Source of the DNA: Mytilus edulis
Lineage: Eukaryota
Reading direction: 5' to 3'
Assembly: GCF_963676685.1 (NCBI RefSeq)
Contig: NC_092344.1
Coordinates: forward strand, 76,818,001-76,882,000
Length of the DNA stretch: 64,000 bases
Part shown: positions 12,611 through 26,645 of the stretch, in pieces
How the letters are laid out: the number at the start of each line of letters is the position of its first letter
Numbering within the stretch: position 1 is the stretch's first letter
Program-made: the position numbers and the translations under genes
Notes under the pieces: generated by a model
Database searches by the model: none
Seen by the model: only the letters and a program-made list of their open reading frames with translations
What the model was told of the DNA's origin: nothing

Positions 12611-14690
12611 TATTATGAATTAGAAAATACGTTGAACCACAAACGTCAAAATTATTCAATTGCGTAGTGGAATTACCTATTTGTGGATTCTTATAAATTC
12701 TATAGAACTTTTGGACTATTTTAAATCTCGGTCCATTAATGCTGAAATTAATTATAACATACTTTTAATTTTTTAACTCTGTACGCTAATATTGCCCATG
12801 TGAAATTTTCGAATTGTTTGTATATACATTGAACGACAAATATATTTGACGTATAAAAATTTCTGACGTCAAACACGCGAATCAATGAACGTGTTTGTAG
12901 ATAGATGATTTTGTGTTCTTTTGAATTGTTCCTTATAAAATTGTTACACGGTGATGACTGCTGTACCCATATTATGACTATTTTATGTATCATGTCTGTT
13001 TAGTTCACTCATCATTGTAAATATAACGGAAAGTGATGAGACTGTCATCAAAGTGAGAGGTTTAGCGCTATAAACCAGGTTTAATCCACCATGTTCTTCA
13101 TTTGAAAATACCTGTACCAAGTCAGGAATATGACAGTTATTGTCCATTCATTTTTGATGTGTTTTGTCATTTGATTATGGACTTTCCGATCAGTATTTTT
13201 GTGATTTTACTTTTTACTTGTCCTCAAACTACCAATCCAATATGGGTATATACCAATAAACAAATGTAATTTTTCAGTTATTTGATGAAACCAAGAAGTT
13301 TTGTTCAACAATTCTTAAAGAAAGACAGAAAACTAAAAAAATATTTAATAAAATTCTCATATTTCTGAATACATTATCTGTGTTATTGATGATCGCAATA
13401 TCCTTCATAGCAATTTCAACGTGATAATATAATATGGGCATAACCTTAAACATTTTAAAATCCAAGGTCTTTGTGTATGTTAAACAGAATCTCCCCTGAA
13501 AGCTTGATTGACATTTTCTGTATCGGTGAAGGACAACACTTGATGTTAGTACAATCTTGAAATAAAACCGAAAATTTAAGAGCATCGTAAAAGAAAAAAA
13601 AAACATTTTTTTTTCTAATGCTTGACATGTTGTTGTATTTAAATAGATACCGCATTCTCCTGAAGGATGCCGACATAATCAGTTTTTCTTATATTCAAAT
13701 CATACCAAAATAATGAACACAATATATTTATCCAAAATCGGTCTACCAATGTTATTTGCTAATTAAAAATTAAAGTTAACAAATCAATTTTAGACAACAG
13801 AGAAGATAATTGTGTAATACTTGTTTATATCTAACACTTAAATAAAAATAAAGTTTATTCCTATTTAATTAAAAGATACATTTCACTTATGACCATGCAT
13901 TGCATGCTTGGATTACATCTTTTTTCTTGGTCATTGATATTTCGGGGTCATCACGAGTTCGCGTATACGAGCGGTATAACCACTTTCTTTTATCATCAGC
14001 ATTTGATGAGTTAGTTTGTTATTCTTAAAAATTGAAATATACTTTTATGGTTTTTGCTATTTTTTGCTTGCATTCTGCACAAACGTATCAATAATTTTTT
14101 TAACATTCTTCCATTCGGACAGATATCACGATATTGATTTAAGCAACACATGTAGCTGTTGGTCACATTTATCTTTTTGTGAAAGTGATATTGAGTAAAA
14201 TTAATTGTGTTGTTTGTTGCGAAACTGTGAATTTGCGAACAAAATGCACTTATTTTGGTTGCTTGAACTTGATCTCTGTGTATTTCCTTTTGGAATTATG
14301 TTTTTTGTGTATTCTGCATTGTTTTATGTCAAGTCACGAAACTCATACTACTCGTAAATCTCGTCAAGGTACTTTGTTTTGAATAATTTTGTAAGTTAGC
14401 CTATTTGCTATGATTGTCATTATTTAATTTATGCACGTGTACCTTGTTTTCTTTATGTTAACGGTATTAAAAGGAATATGTCTCTTACCTATATCGTAAC
14501 TCAATGTATATTTATCACACACAAATTTACCTGAATTTGCCTGTTTGGGTAATAATGACGATATAGTAGTTGTAGAGACCGGGGTAGCTTTGACTTATTA
14601 CCTTTGTGTGTTTTCATTTGGCCAATCTGTTATTATGTAGTGGGTATTGTTTTATTATTCGTCATGCAACTAATGCTACTTTGTTATTAA

Positions 14691-15075
14691 AGATGTACTT
14701 AGGTGAGGTCTTGGAATTTGTGTCAAATGTTCGGACTCCCTGGTGTTTTTCCATACAATACAATGTAAACTATTTTGCCCTATAACACCCATTTATTTTT
14801 TCATATTACACTTAATAGCTCATGAAAGGTCATTTACCAAAATTTTAGAAGATTCTTTCTTTTGTTTTGAGACCCAATTAAAACCAATGCAAATATAAGG
14901 TAAAAGTCCGAGTCAGCTTTTCCCGCTATATTTTAAATCTCAAATATCTTGAAAAGGAGATCCATGACCTATCAATATTTTTAGCTTATCTTTATCCTTA
15001 ATTGATGCTCTACCAGTCTGTAGTATCAATTTTAATTTCTTATTTTTTTTTACCTAACCTCACTTAAGTACATGC
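14691..15075. mobile_element. TTAA-specific MITE (Kolobok-like)
   Basis: TTAA|AGATGTACTTAGGTGAGGT ... ACCTCACTTAAGTACATGC|TTAA. Partial relatives start at 23935 (TTAA|GGATGTACTCAGGTGA) and end at 45873 (TCACCTAAGTACATCC). Confidence 0.75.
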
Positions 15076-17473
15076 TTAAGTCATGTTGATTCGTTTTGAA
15101 TAAATCATTTATCCTTTTGCTACATAAACAATTGCCAGTATTTTGAGACATGTATACGTAGCTTGTTTTACATGTTTGTCTGTATGGTAATAATGTTTCT
15201 TATGTATTTGTTAAAGAATGCTTACTGGTATAATTCATATAGTTTTGTTTGCGATGGACTTAATTGTTAATTCTTATACCAATACCTATGCATTGTAAGT
15301 TCGTTTGCTTTTACTTTATACTAGATTTATTATTAGAAACAACAATGATGATTGACTGATTAAAGCCTACTTTGTCTGTTTAATAGATATTTATTTACAT
15401 AAGACGGCTTCGATCAGCACTTGGATACACGACTGGACCCCAGTGTCAATGAAAATCTGAAGCAAAATTAAATATTTTAAACTCTTGGTACTATAGAAAC
15501 ACATAATTTTAGAAGAAAAATACTTCAGCTGCAGCTCATAGATTGAATTCTCGTATCCGTGATTCTAGTTATATTTACTGCGGTATTATTGATATGAGTT
15601 ATTACTATTAATATCGAATGCTGGTATTCACCAATCTCATAATTATTAAACAGCTGAATTTTCCAAATTATAACTAAAAAGTCTCATATCATTTGGCAAC
15701 ACAACAACAAAAAAACGATAGTGAAAAAGTTCTAAATGAGATACTTCTTAACTTTTTAATTTTAAAAACTTATTTCCTAAGAAAATTTCTTACATTATAT
15801 ATATATATATATATCTATACAATTTCGATAAAACGAATCCCAATTATAAAAAGAGAATATAACTGAAAAAAGCGACGACCTAATAAAAATACTTCAATTT
15901 TAATGCAAATAAATTGCGTTTTTGCACCACAGAGAGATAATTTGGAGCTTTTTGAAGTTTTAAAGTTATCCTTGGCCAAAACGAATGGATTTTTTTGTTG
16001 ATTTTTGTACCATATGATAAAGTAACAACTAATGAAGAATTAATTAAAATTTGTAATGAAAAGAAAAATGTTAAATTTTTGCTGAATTTTTGTACCCTCG
16101 AGCTTTATATTTAATATGTGGTATTTCCTTATTTTTATTTTTATTTGCGCTTTGTAATAATTGTACAAAAATGTGTTGTTCTTTACTTTCTTTTTTCAAT
16201 ACATTTGAAAAAAAAATCATGCATTCATTTGCTTACTTTCTGTGTTATTTAATCAAGTTTAGTCAACAATTGTTTTCAAACACAGCTTGTTTATTTCCTC
16301 CACGACCTGAACTATTGTACATATATTTTGTTCTGTTTTTGACTGTAGTGACGCAAGAGGGATTAGATATAGTTAGTGTATTGTTTGACCTGTCGTTATT
16401 TTGTTTAACTATGTTAAACTTTTTATTTGATAATGGGTAATAATATTCAAGCTTATCACTCGTCAATAGATCAATTCTACTGTAAACTTAATACAATATT
16501 CTGTAGACAAATGATGCATGTAAGATAAAGACAAACCTATTCATTTGAACTGTTCTTGCGTATTATGAAATGCACATGTTCGAAAGTATTAGTCGATGAA
16601 GCCAATGTGATTTGTTTACACAAAACGCATCTTGACGAAAAAATGAGGATATTATTATTGAGGGTTATATCGAGATCCTTATAGAAAAGACCGCAATAGG
16701 TCAGGTGGAGGAATTATAATTCATATTAGTAAATCTATTCAAGCCAAACTAAGACACGATTTATATTTTGATAATAAGGCGTTATGGCTTGAAATCAACT
16801 TCCCTTCACACAAATTACTCATTTGTGTTGTATATCGACAACCTTCCAACAATAATACTTTTTGGGATTAATTTCATTTTTCCATGGAAAATCATTGAGA
16901 TATACATGTACTTGAATATTGTAATAACTGGTGATGTAAATGTAGATTTTCTTACTGATCATTCACATACAATTTTTGACATTATGAGACTAAACGGACT
17001 TAAACTTTTCATAAACGAACCAATTAGATTTTCTGCCACACTCCAGTCATTGTTAGATCCTATTTTGGTATCAGATGCATGTAATGTCTACGATTCCCGT
17101 GCAATACAAATAGATTGTACATACAGCGAGCATGATGGGACTATTATATTCTTGAATAATCTAACTAGGTCAAAATATAATACTACTTATAAACGAATGA
17201 TTTAGGACTATCGAAATTTCGATTTTGACAAATGTAACGAGCTCATTGCTACTTTTGATCGAGACCCAATAATTAATGCTGAAAATAATATAGATCAATA
17301 TTGTAAAAAATTAACAAATAAATTTATTGAATATATTTATGACTGTATTCCACAAAACGAAGTAGTTATACGACCAATTGATAAAATCTGATTCAATTCT
17401 GACCTACGTAGAAAAATGCATAAACATGAGAGACTACACAAACAAACCCGTAGATGCTAAAGTATTCCTTGCT

Positions 17474-17603
17474 TTGAAGTCATAAAACTTTTGAGTCAGC
17501 TTTTTGTACTCATACTCGAAAATCAACCAATCAAAATGTTGGATTTCAAGTTTCGAGCATGCTATTTGTGCTCCAAGCACTGGACAAAGTTTTATGACTT
17601 CAA
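17474..17603. mobile_element. 130-bp MITE nested in the LINE
   Basis: Perfect 18-bp TIR TTGAAGTCATAAAACTTT / AAAGTTTTATGACTTCAA. Confidence 0.8.
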
Positions 17604-18152
17604 CCCCGGTTCTAAGTAAGTATAATAAGCAAGGAAATCATGTGAATAACTTGGAATGATACACGAAAGATCAATTTTACTTAAACGCATTAGTTTGTTG
17701 GACGATTTCGGATGAGGAAATTCTAAATCGTGTTGGTTAGTAATTAAAACAAATGGTTAAGACATCGGGTTATTGTACTCATATTACTCAACTTAAAAAT
17801 GAAAATGACGAATTAGTCACTGGACAACTACAATAAAGCATGTCTTTTGAATAAGTATTGTTTGTTCTATATCTACTATAGATGGGAATAAAAATAGATT
17901 TCAAGAATTTCTGACCAGATTAAGTTAAAAAAAAAAAAAGGATATTGTTTATACAAACTCAAATCAAGTTCTTAATATTTGTAGACTTTAACATTGTAAA
18001 AAGCTTCAGGTAATGACTCACTTAGTCATCAAATGTTAAAAAGGACAAGTTATACTGTCACTGCGCCGTTATTAATGTTTTTTAATTTGTCATTTGAAAA
18101 AAAGCAGAACTTCCTAGCCAAAACCTGAGACAAATCACTGATTATCAATTAT

Positions 18153-20027
18153 AGATATAGGAAGATGTGGTGTGAGTGCCAATGAGACAACTCTCCATCC
18201 AAATAACAATTTCAAAAAGTAAACTATTATAGGTCAATGTACGGCCTTCAACACGGAGTCTTGGCTCACACCGAACAACAAGCTATAAAGGGCTCAAATT
18301 ACTAGTGTTAAACCATTCAAACGGGAAAACCAACGGTCTAATCTATATGAAAAAACGAGAAACAAGAAACAAGTATAAATTACATAAACAAACGACAACT
18401 ATTGTACATCAGATTTCTGACCTAGGACAGGCGCAAACATTTGCAGCAGGATTAAACGTTTTAATGGTATCAAATCTTCTCCCTTTTTCTGAAACAATAG
18501 CATAACATCACAACATAGAAAAACACACGATAAAATATAATTGGCATGCTTAACTCAATCAAAATACGAAAACTAATACACTATGAACGAATAAATTTGA
18601 TCTGCGATATCTGAATGTAAATGCACAGTTAATAAAATATTAGGGACAAACATTCAAGGCCAAAAAGCAAACAAACAAGTCCAAACAAAGCCATGGCAAG
18701 ACACCACAGCGAAATATTTAACCCTACGAAAATTATCACTATTGAAAAAATACAGGTTTAAATAATACAGGTAAATCTTGAAGTTTATACAAATGTAGTA
18801 AGTGAAAATAGAACATATTCCAAATAATCACACCTGATATATAAACAAATTCCATATTAATATAAAATAACAAAAAAGCATTATAAACAGTATCGACAGG
18901 TCGAATTAACAAGAAAATACGATTTGAGAGTACTCGTAGTTACTGACAGCTAGTTAAAAGTCAAAAACAATTAATAATAAAAAAAACATGCATCAAAGAC
19001 TAAAATCAACTAATACACATCGCAGGGATTTAGTATTCTAACGTCATGAACAGTCAGAGAAGACATGACTTGTTCAATGCCAAAAATAAATGTATCGACA
19101 GGTAGTAGGATAGTGAGGAGCGACTTATATAGAGATAAAAATTAACGTGTCTGTGTCTCTATACATCCCGCCTTAAAAGAAGATACAGTTTAGTAATGTT
19201 TTATTTACTAATCACAAAATCGATATTAGTGTCAATGTAAACTATATTCAGAGAACTAATTACAATATTGGTACGATAACCATTACTTATAAGTTTGTTT
19301 AAAGATTCGATAAGTTTACACGGATCACATAGTGATTTCCTCGCTTTAAGTACAATATTACCATAAAATTTAGGTTGTGAAATACCATTTTTAATAAGAT
19401 TTCTACAGGTACAGCCAAATTTACTTATTAAATCTTTGTATCTATGAAAGAATTTAGTAAAGGTTTTAAGTCATTTATGGTATCGAAATCCCTGACACAA
19501 CAATTTCCCAGTGATGCATTGATAACGTTCGTTAAAATATATGACATCAGAACGGGCAAACCAAACGAGTTGGGATATATAAACACCGTATGATAGAGCC
19601 AAAGGCACATCGCCGTCTAAAAAGGGAAAATTCACAATAGGAAATGAAAAAAATCGTCTCTTTCGTCGTTAATTTTAGTATGAAGTTTCCCGTTTTAAAT
19701 TGAAATGTATAAATCTAGAAAATAAAATGCTACTGTTTTATTTTAGATTTAGTTAAATTAAGTTCTTTTGTGTAAATTTCGAAAGTATATTTAGAGAACT
19801 CTGGATTATTCAACGAGAAAATATCATCCACATAACGGTAGGTATTTTTTGAATGTATCAACCAAATATAACAATGATGGGTCTTTACTGAGTTTGGTCA
19901 TAAACTGAGATTCATAGCAATATAGAAATAAATTTGCTCTTAAAGGGGTACATTTAGTGCCCATAGGAATACCTACTACCTGACGATACACTTTATCGCC
20001 GAAACGTACACAATATGTTATAGACAA
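18153..20027 (-). mobile_element. 5'-truncated Penelope-like (Naiad-type) retroelement nested in the LINE
   Basis: VRFGDKVYRQVVGIPMGTKCTPL.ANLFLYCYESQFMTK; the C-terminus and ~1.1-kb 3' region are homologous to 39759-41320. Confidence 0.9.
18998..19057 (-). promoter_or_regulatory. SECIS-like element in PLE 3' UTR
   Basis: Minus strand: GACTG-TTC-ATGA-CGTTAGAATACT-AAA-TCCCTGCGATGT-GTATTAGT-TGAT-TT-TAGTC. Confidence 0.55.
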
Positions 20028-20872
20028 ACCTCATTAATATCAGCAGCTAATAGAAATTTGTTATAGGATATTTATGTCACTTAATTATCTCTGTATAACA
20101 TATCTTATATTATGTGATATCTAGAAAGCTTTTGATAGGGTATGACACACTGGCCTATAAATAAAGCTTAAAGCGTATGGTATTGATTGAAATCTGTACA
20201 AATGGTTTGAAAGTTAGATTTCAAATAGAAAACAAAGCTCTTTTGTTTCAAATGCCTATTTGCCTTTGGGAATACTAATTCAGGAGTTCCGCAAGGCTCT
20301 ATTTTAGGTCCCGACTATTCCTTATTTAAGCAAATGACAAAGCTGATTACTTGACAAGTCTAACTCCATGGTTTTTTGATGATACATCCCTTTCGTAATC
20401 AAGTAATAATTCTTTCACTATAGAGGATGTCTTAAATAGTGATTAAGAATTTCAGTATGGTTTAAAGATTGCTTTATTATACCTTTTGTATACGGGCGTA
20501 TAAAAACGAAAGACAGGATTAACACGATAACTTTCAAACAACTTAAATTTGTAAGTAAATTTGATTTGCATATTAATAACAAAAAATATAATCTTACACA
20601 GGTTATTTAATGCTTTGAAGCAAATTGAATTGAAACTTGGTATCATGCAGATTCATTTTTTAAAAGAAAACATGTTGTTTTAAAAGAAAATAACTCAACA
20701 TAGTTATATACATGTAAAACAGCAAAAAACCAAGAAGAACCATCGTGTAAAAGAATACAAATGACTATATATGCCTCTTATATCCCTTCTTTGGGTGTAT
20801 TGTATACGTATGTAATATTTTGGTCCTTCTTGGAAGATATATGTGTTTGAAACGTTGATATCGTGAATTAGT

Positions 20873-21129
20873 AAGTCAGATTTGTTTCATATAAATCACG
20901 GTACTTTTCTATCCCAAAGTCATGTTTTTGGTTTTGATGTTATATCGGTTATTCTCATCGGATTTTGTCTTATACTTAGTCGTTGCTGTGTGTGTTACAT
21001 TTTTATGTTGTGTCGTTGTTCTCCTCTAATATTTAATGCGTTTCCCTCAGTTTTAGTTTGTTACCCCGATTTTGTTTTTTGTCCATAGATTTATGAGTTT
21101 TGAACAGCGGTATACTACTGTTGCCTTTA
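20873..21129 (+). mobile_element. Short retroposed repeat inserted in pseudogene exon 4
   Basis: Ends GATTTATGAGTTTTGAACAGCGGTATACTACTGTTGCCTTTAT; relatives near 11730-11935, 27385-27453 and 34130-34340. Flanked by a diverged 27-bp duplication of exon sequence. Confidence 0.75.
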
Positions 21130-24100
21130 TTTAGAACATTTTTATCGTGGATTAGTGCGTTGAATATATTCGTCATATTTCCAGTTCCAGAAATTCCCAG
21201 GTCTGTTAGAAAGAAGGATATATTGAGAAGAAATCCTGCAGAATCCGGATGCAGCGGTAATAATTCTGACTACAAGTATATATATATATTTATTATATTC
21301 TTTAGCTCTCAAATACATATCTTCAGTATTGCACATAATTACATATTTGGAATAAAATGAGCATTATAATAAATAGAGGTATCAACATCCCAGCGCTTCT
21401 ATCCAACATGGGCATATCATCATGTAGTCATGTTATGTTTATCGTTTTCTACATGAATTATACCGTTTGTTTTCTTGCTTTCTTATTTAACGTTTGTTAT
21501 TTCGGGGCCTTTTATAAATGAATATGCGGTATGGGCTTTGCTTATTATTGAAGGCCATACGGATACCTATAGACGATAATTTCAGTGTCATTAGGTCTCT
21601 CGTGGATGTTTCAATGGCAATCATGTCGCATCTTCGTTTTTGTTATATTTATATTTGCAAAATATCGTGCTATCTTTTTTCAACTTATGCAACTAAAAAG
21701 ATGTTCCTGAACTATTTATTTTATATAGAACTGATTTATTAAATATGGCATACTTTTGTCTCACAGTCTCATTACTTTTACCTCTTAACATCATAAAAGT
21801 TTTTTATATATTAACACATAGACTGCATACATAATGCATTAAATTATTGTTGCCTGGGTCATCTTCAATTTTGTGGGAATTTCTAGCTATTGTTTCAAAT
21901 ATATATGTGCTACAAAATAAAAGTTTAGAAGAGTTAAACTGCCTGTGTACATAAATCCAAAGTGTACATCATTGTGTCTTTTTAAGTTCAATCATTACTT
22001 TAATGTTTGTAAAAGTTTCTTTTTTTTCAAATATTGTGGTCTCGAGTATCGCAACATATGTTGTCGAAATGAATATCTAGTGCAGTAGGATTGGTACAGT
22101 AAATAAACTCATCATATATACCAGGACTAAATTTTGTATATACATAAGACGTGCGTTTAGTCTTTAGTTATTTTCTCCCTTTTCGGATTCAAAGTATTCA
22201 TAGTTTAGGAGATTACAATACGTACATTCGTGAATCTCATTACCTTCATAAACTCTGAGTATGTCATGAATTTGTCATGTATGATGAATTCGTCAAAATC
22301 AATTACTGCAACACAAGTGAATCCCTGTAGAAGTTGTTCACATGTAAAGACTGCAAGTGCTCATCATGAACACTTTGAAACATATGCCACCGGTTTTTCT
22401 CAAACCCACGATCTAAAGAATAAAAATGATATGATATTTGAAATAATAAATTTATACTACTTTTTTTACAAGATCAAGACATTTTTATGATATAATATAT
22501 TATTGACAATTTGTAATAATAGTATAAGCCTCGCTACTTTACATCTGAAATACAGGCGTATTATTATTAAGGGAGAATTAAGAACTAAAATGTGTCAACT
22601 TTACCACTATTATTTTCCATCATTTGTGATCATTTTAAAACAAATATATTTTACTCTTCGTTTTATATATAATTTTTATTGTTATTCATGAGTTTCAATT
22701 GACAATAACAATCTAAACCCGTTAATAAAGCTTTCAATTGTTCGAAAAACTAAGCACTAGTAATCAAAATTTAGATTGATGGTCAAAATTGGTATCAACC
22801 TTATTTGTGACAAACCGCAGCCTTTATTGCCATTCAATGAAACTGAATAAACATGCCCATTTAAATGTTTCTTACTATCAATGTATTTCAACTGATCGGG
22901 CGGAGCTTACGTTTTAATTTGCATGAGGACAGTCGGTTTGAAAATGTGTGTGATTACGATGATTGCCGTTACAGTTATTATTGATTTCTAATCACCTATC
23001 AGTGACCTCAAGGGAATTTACAAAAGAACGACTGGACAATTGCAATGCATTGATGAGTGTATTCTTAAACACCTATCTATAGATGGACTGGTTTATTATG
23101 AGCGAACTGGATAAACTTCGCCAAGTCAAATGAAATAAATTTAGTAATATCTGTTGGCAAGATATGTTTAACTACACAAAGTCATTATGTTGCATAATAA
23201 AGATTGTTAATAAGATTCAACGGCTGTCAATCAATTGAATCAATATCAAGTTTTACTCCGTCATACATCAAATAATTCAGACTAAAATTTTATACCACAA
23301 AATATAACATCTAGACCAATTTCGTCAAAAATAAAAAAGTAAATTCAAACATTCATATTTAAATGATTTTTAAAGGTTATGAAAAATGACAAAATTAAAA
23401 AAAAATGCTTTACAGATAAATGATATAGTATTTACATATATATCAATGATATCCTTTTGGTGAAGGATCGAAGAAGATGAAAAGAGCTTTAAATGAGAAT
23501 GCATGTATGAGTCATTGTTGCTACAGTTATGTATATCTAGATATAGGAAGATGTGGTGTTTTGTTCATAATTAAACAAAAACGTAAAAATTAACTGTAGC
23601 GCCTATCATACTTGGAATGAACTTTTGTTCAATGAAAAGTAAAATAACAAAAACACCTAACTCTAATGGAAAATTCATATCAGAAAGACACTAAACATTA
23701 TTTAAAAAATCAAAAATTGGGGTATTTGCTGAGTTGCAAAATATATTGGCAAAACCTAATTCCGCTTTTATAAATTTATGCAACATGTTTATTCAAATAC
23801 CAAATTATAACTTGTATTCACGACCGCAAAATCTTTCTAATGAAATGCAAATTGTTTGGTCATATGTGTCGACCGATAGTAGGATCGGTTTAACATACGA
23901 AACAATGTATTTGTGTAAAAAAAAGTGTATTTAAGGATGTACTCAGGTGATATAAGGTCAAATAAAATAAATCAAGAATTCCAAATTGATACTTTTAGTT
24001 GGAAGTGTATTAGTTGAGGATCAAAATAAACCAAAAAAATTGATAGGTCATGTAGCTCCTTTTTGAGATATTTGACTTATGGAATATGGCGGGAAAAGGC

Positions 24101-24354
24101 TGACTCTGACTTTTACCTTATATTTGCATTGGTATTATTTGGGTCTCAAATCAAAAGAAAGAAAATCAAGAATCTGCTTCGACTGAATTATTTCCTTAAT
24201 CATGAATTCAATTCTTGTGATTATGGTCAAATCAGATTTGAAGAGGCAACATTTATCCCCCACTTCTAATTTATATAAATATCAAGCGGAATTCCGTAAA
24301 AGAAAAACTTAAAATTAAAACAACTGATTTTGTTTGCAAAATCATGAATTATTC

Positions 24355-24560
24355 AAAGTATTGAGGTTTTTCTTATCGCAGGTATAGAGTGCCTTAGCCG
24401 TAAATGGCACATCTTTTTTGAATTTTGGGTCCTCAATGCTCTTCAACTTTGTACTTGTTTATCTGTTTAACTGTTTTGATCTAAGCGTCACTGATGAGTC
24501 TCAATTAGACGAATCGCGCGCCTGGCGTTTTAAATTGTAGGCATGGTGCCTTTGATGACC
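24355..24560 (+). mobile_element. Retrozyme-like repeat with degenerate hammerhead ribozyme
   Basis: GCGTCA-CTGATGA-GTCT..AGAC-GAAT-CGCGCGCC-TGGCGT at 24485-24528; GAAA is changed to GAAT and the GUC cleavage triplet to GCC. Confidence 0.75.
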
Positions 24561-24731
24561 GAATAGCTTATTTTTTGTTTCACTCGTACCTGGACAATAC
24601 TATGTGACATATGGTTAAGTTATGGTATACTAGTATAATGGTTATTATTTAAATGTTCAAATATTATGTAATAACAGTTTTAATTTTAATATCTGTTAAT
24701 AGTTATCAAATGTACCAGGATTATAATTTAG

Positions 24732-24778
24732 TACGCCAGACGCGCGTTTCGTCTACATAAGACTCATCAGTGACGCTC
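24732..24778 (-). ncRNA. Type I hammerhead ribozyme with intact core, inside retrozyme-like repeat 24697-24980
   Basis: Minus strand GAGCGUCA-CUGAUGA-GUCU-UAUGU-AGAC-GAAA-C-GCGC-GUC^UGGCGUA: stem I GCGUCA/UGGCGU, full catalytic core, stem II, short palindromic stem III, GUC cleavage triplet. Confidence 0.88.
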
Positions 24779-26449
24779 ATATCAAAATATTCATAAAGCC
24801 AAACAAGTACAAAGTTGAAGAGCATTGAGGATCCAAAATTCCAAAAAGTTGTGCCAAATAAGGCTAAGGTAATCTATGCCTGGGATAAGAAAATCCTTAG
24901 TTTTTCGAAAAATTCAAAGTTTTGTAAACAGGAAATTTATAAAAATGACCACATTATTGATATTCATGTCAACACCGATGTCTTAATATGCACGTTTGAA
25001 TTGTTTTACATTGCCTTATCGGGGCCTTTTATAGCTCACTATGCGGTATGGGCTTTGCTCATTGTTGAAGGCCGTACGGTGACCTATAGTTGTTAATGTC
25101 TGTGTTATTTTAGTCTTTTGTGGATAGTTGTCTCATTGGCAATTATACCACATCTTCTTTTTTATATTATACAATACTTTCACTGAATAACATCTTATGT
25201 TCGAAATTAAAAAGATGTTATCGTCAGAGATTTAAAGTAATAATATCGCAGAAGATTAACTTCCTTTTCAATTTATAACAGAATTAATCTAAGTGTAGAA
25301 AAAGGTAGCATCAAGGTATTCTCAACTCCTACAAAACCCGCTAGCAATGTTTATCTAAATGTCTTAATTAAATTCTCAACTTTACAGTTTGCTTGAAAAT
25401 TAGATATAGGTCAAGAGTAACACCTAAATTCAACTCACAAAAAATCCAACTGAAATGAGATTGCCTTTTTGTGTCAAGTTTTTTCAAACTTCTATAATTT
25501 GTTTAAACAGGGTTAATAGTTTTGTGGTCGTCCATCCCAAATGCTGATCATAAAGAAATGTTTTCTCTATCTAGAACTATTTCCAGTAGCCATTTTTGGC
25601 ATTGTGTTTCGGATAGTTTGGTTGGTTTTTAGCCTTATTAGTGTTTGTTTCGATCGCCACAGAGACGACCTATACAGTGAAAAGGTCATTTTCCGAAACT
25701 TATATAATTGAGAATGGAAATTGAGAATACGTCAATGAGACAACAACTCGACCAAAAAGCAAAACAACATATGAATGCCTCTCTTATACCTATATAGCCA
25801 TTGTTGATTAAAATATAACACACACACAGTAATACGCAAAGTAAAACTTAGTTTGAAAAAATTCCGAGTCCGATGTCACGAAAGAATCAAAGAAAAATGA
25901 CGATACATGAATTAACAAAGGAATACTAGCAGTTACTGATATGCCATCCCCAGGCCTCAGTTAAACTGATTGAAACATTATATCGTCATCCTATGAAAAT
26001 TCAGCATAACCCCTCCAGTTACGGTAAATGATCATACCATCATAAATATATGAGAAGAACATAACCAGTATCATGCCAACAACTGGTTTTTGAATAAATA
26101 TTTGTATATTTCCGATGCAAAAACCATATGAATGAAGCAATTTTATAACCAAACTACATCATATTTAAGGACATATCGTAACTATATCCCTTTTGAATAC
26201 CGCTGTTTATTAAAATTGTTTATTTAAATGATGCTCTTTTTAAAACCCTAAGCTATTTCTACTCAGGTATAGATAGCATCAACCATATTTGGCACAGTTT
26301 TTCAAAGATATTTGTTTAAAATGCAATGCAGCTTCAAAATTGATTTGTTCTAACAACTGTTTTGCATACCATGCAAATTTATAAGCTTTGTATCTTTGCT
26401 GATTTTTCTCTTTACCTGAGGTATAACCAAATATCTAGAATGCTTTGAT

Positions 26450-26645
26450 CTAAGGCATACATTACCTTAGCTGTATTTGGCAAAACGTTTAGGAATTTTG
26501 GTCATCAACGCTCTTCAACTTCGTACTTTATTTTGCCTTTTAAACTTTTTTGGATTCGAGCGTCACTGATATGAGTCTTTTGTGGACGAAACGTGCGTCT
26601 GGCGTATATACAAAATTTAGTCCTGGTATTTATGATGAGTTTATT
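26450..26645 (+). mobile_element. Retrozyme-like repeat; hammerhead has a 2-nt core insertion
   Basis: GAGCGTCA-CTGATATGA-GTCT..GGAC-GAAAC-GTGC-GTC-TGGCGTA at 26558-26606; flanks are homologous to 24355-24560. Confidence 0.78.

Larger units (their letters stand above)
16590..20450 (+). mobile_element. Decayed CR1/L2-like LINE ORF2 (AP endonuclease plus RT) with nested insertions
   Basis: Frameshifted motifs ICLHKTHLD, RKDRNRSGGG, ICVVYRQP, ITGDVNVD, LLDPILVS, SEH, KASGND; after the nested PLE, D..KAFDRV*H, GVPQGSILGP and DDTSL. Confidence 0.88.

Noticed and set aside
15590-15650. 2A-like peptide at the LINE ORF2 start (ELLLLISNAGIHQ)
   Set aside because: Lacks the required NPGP; too decayed to call.
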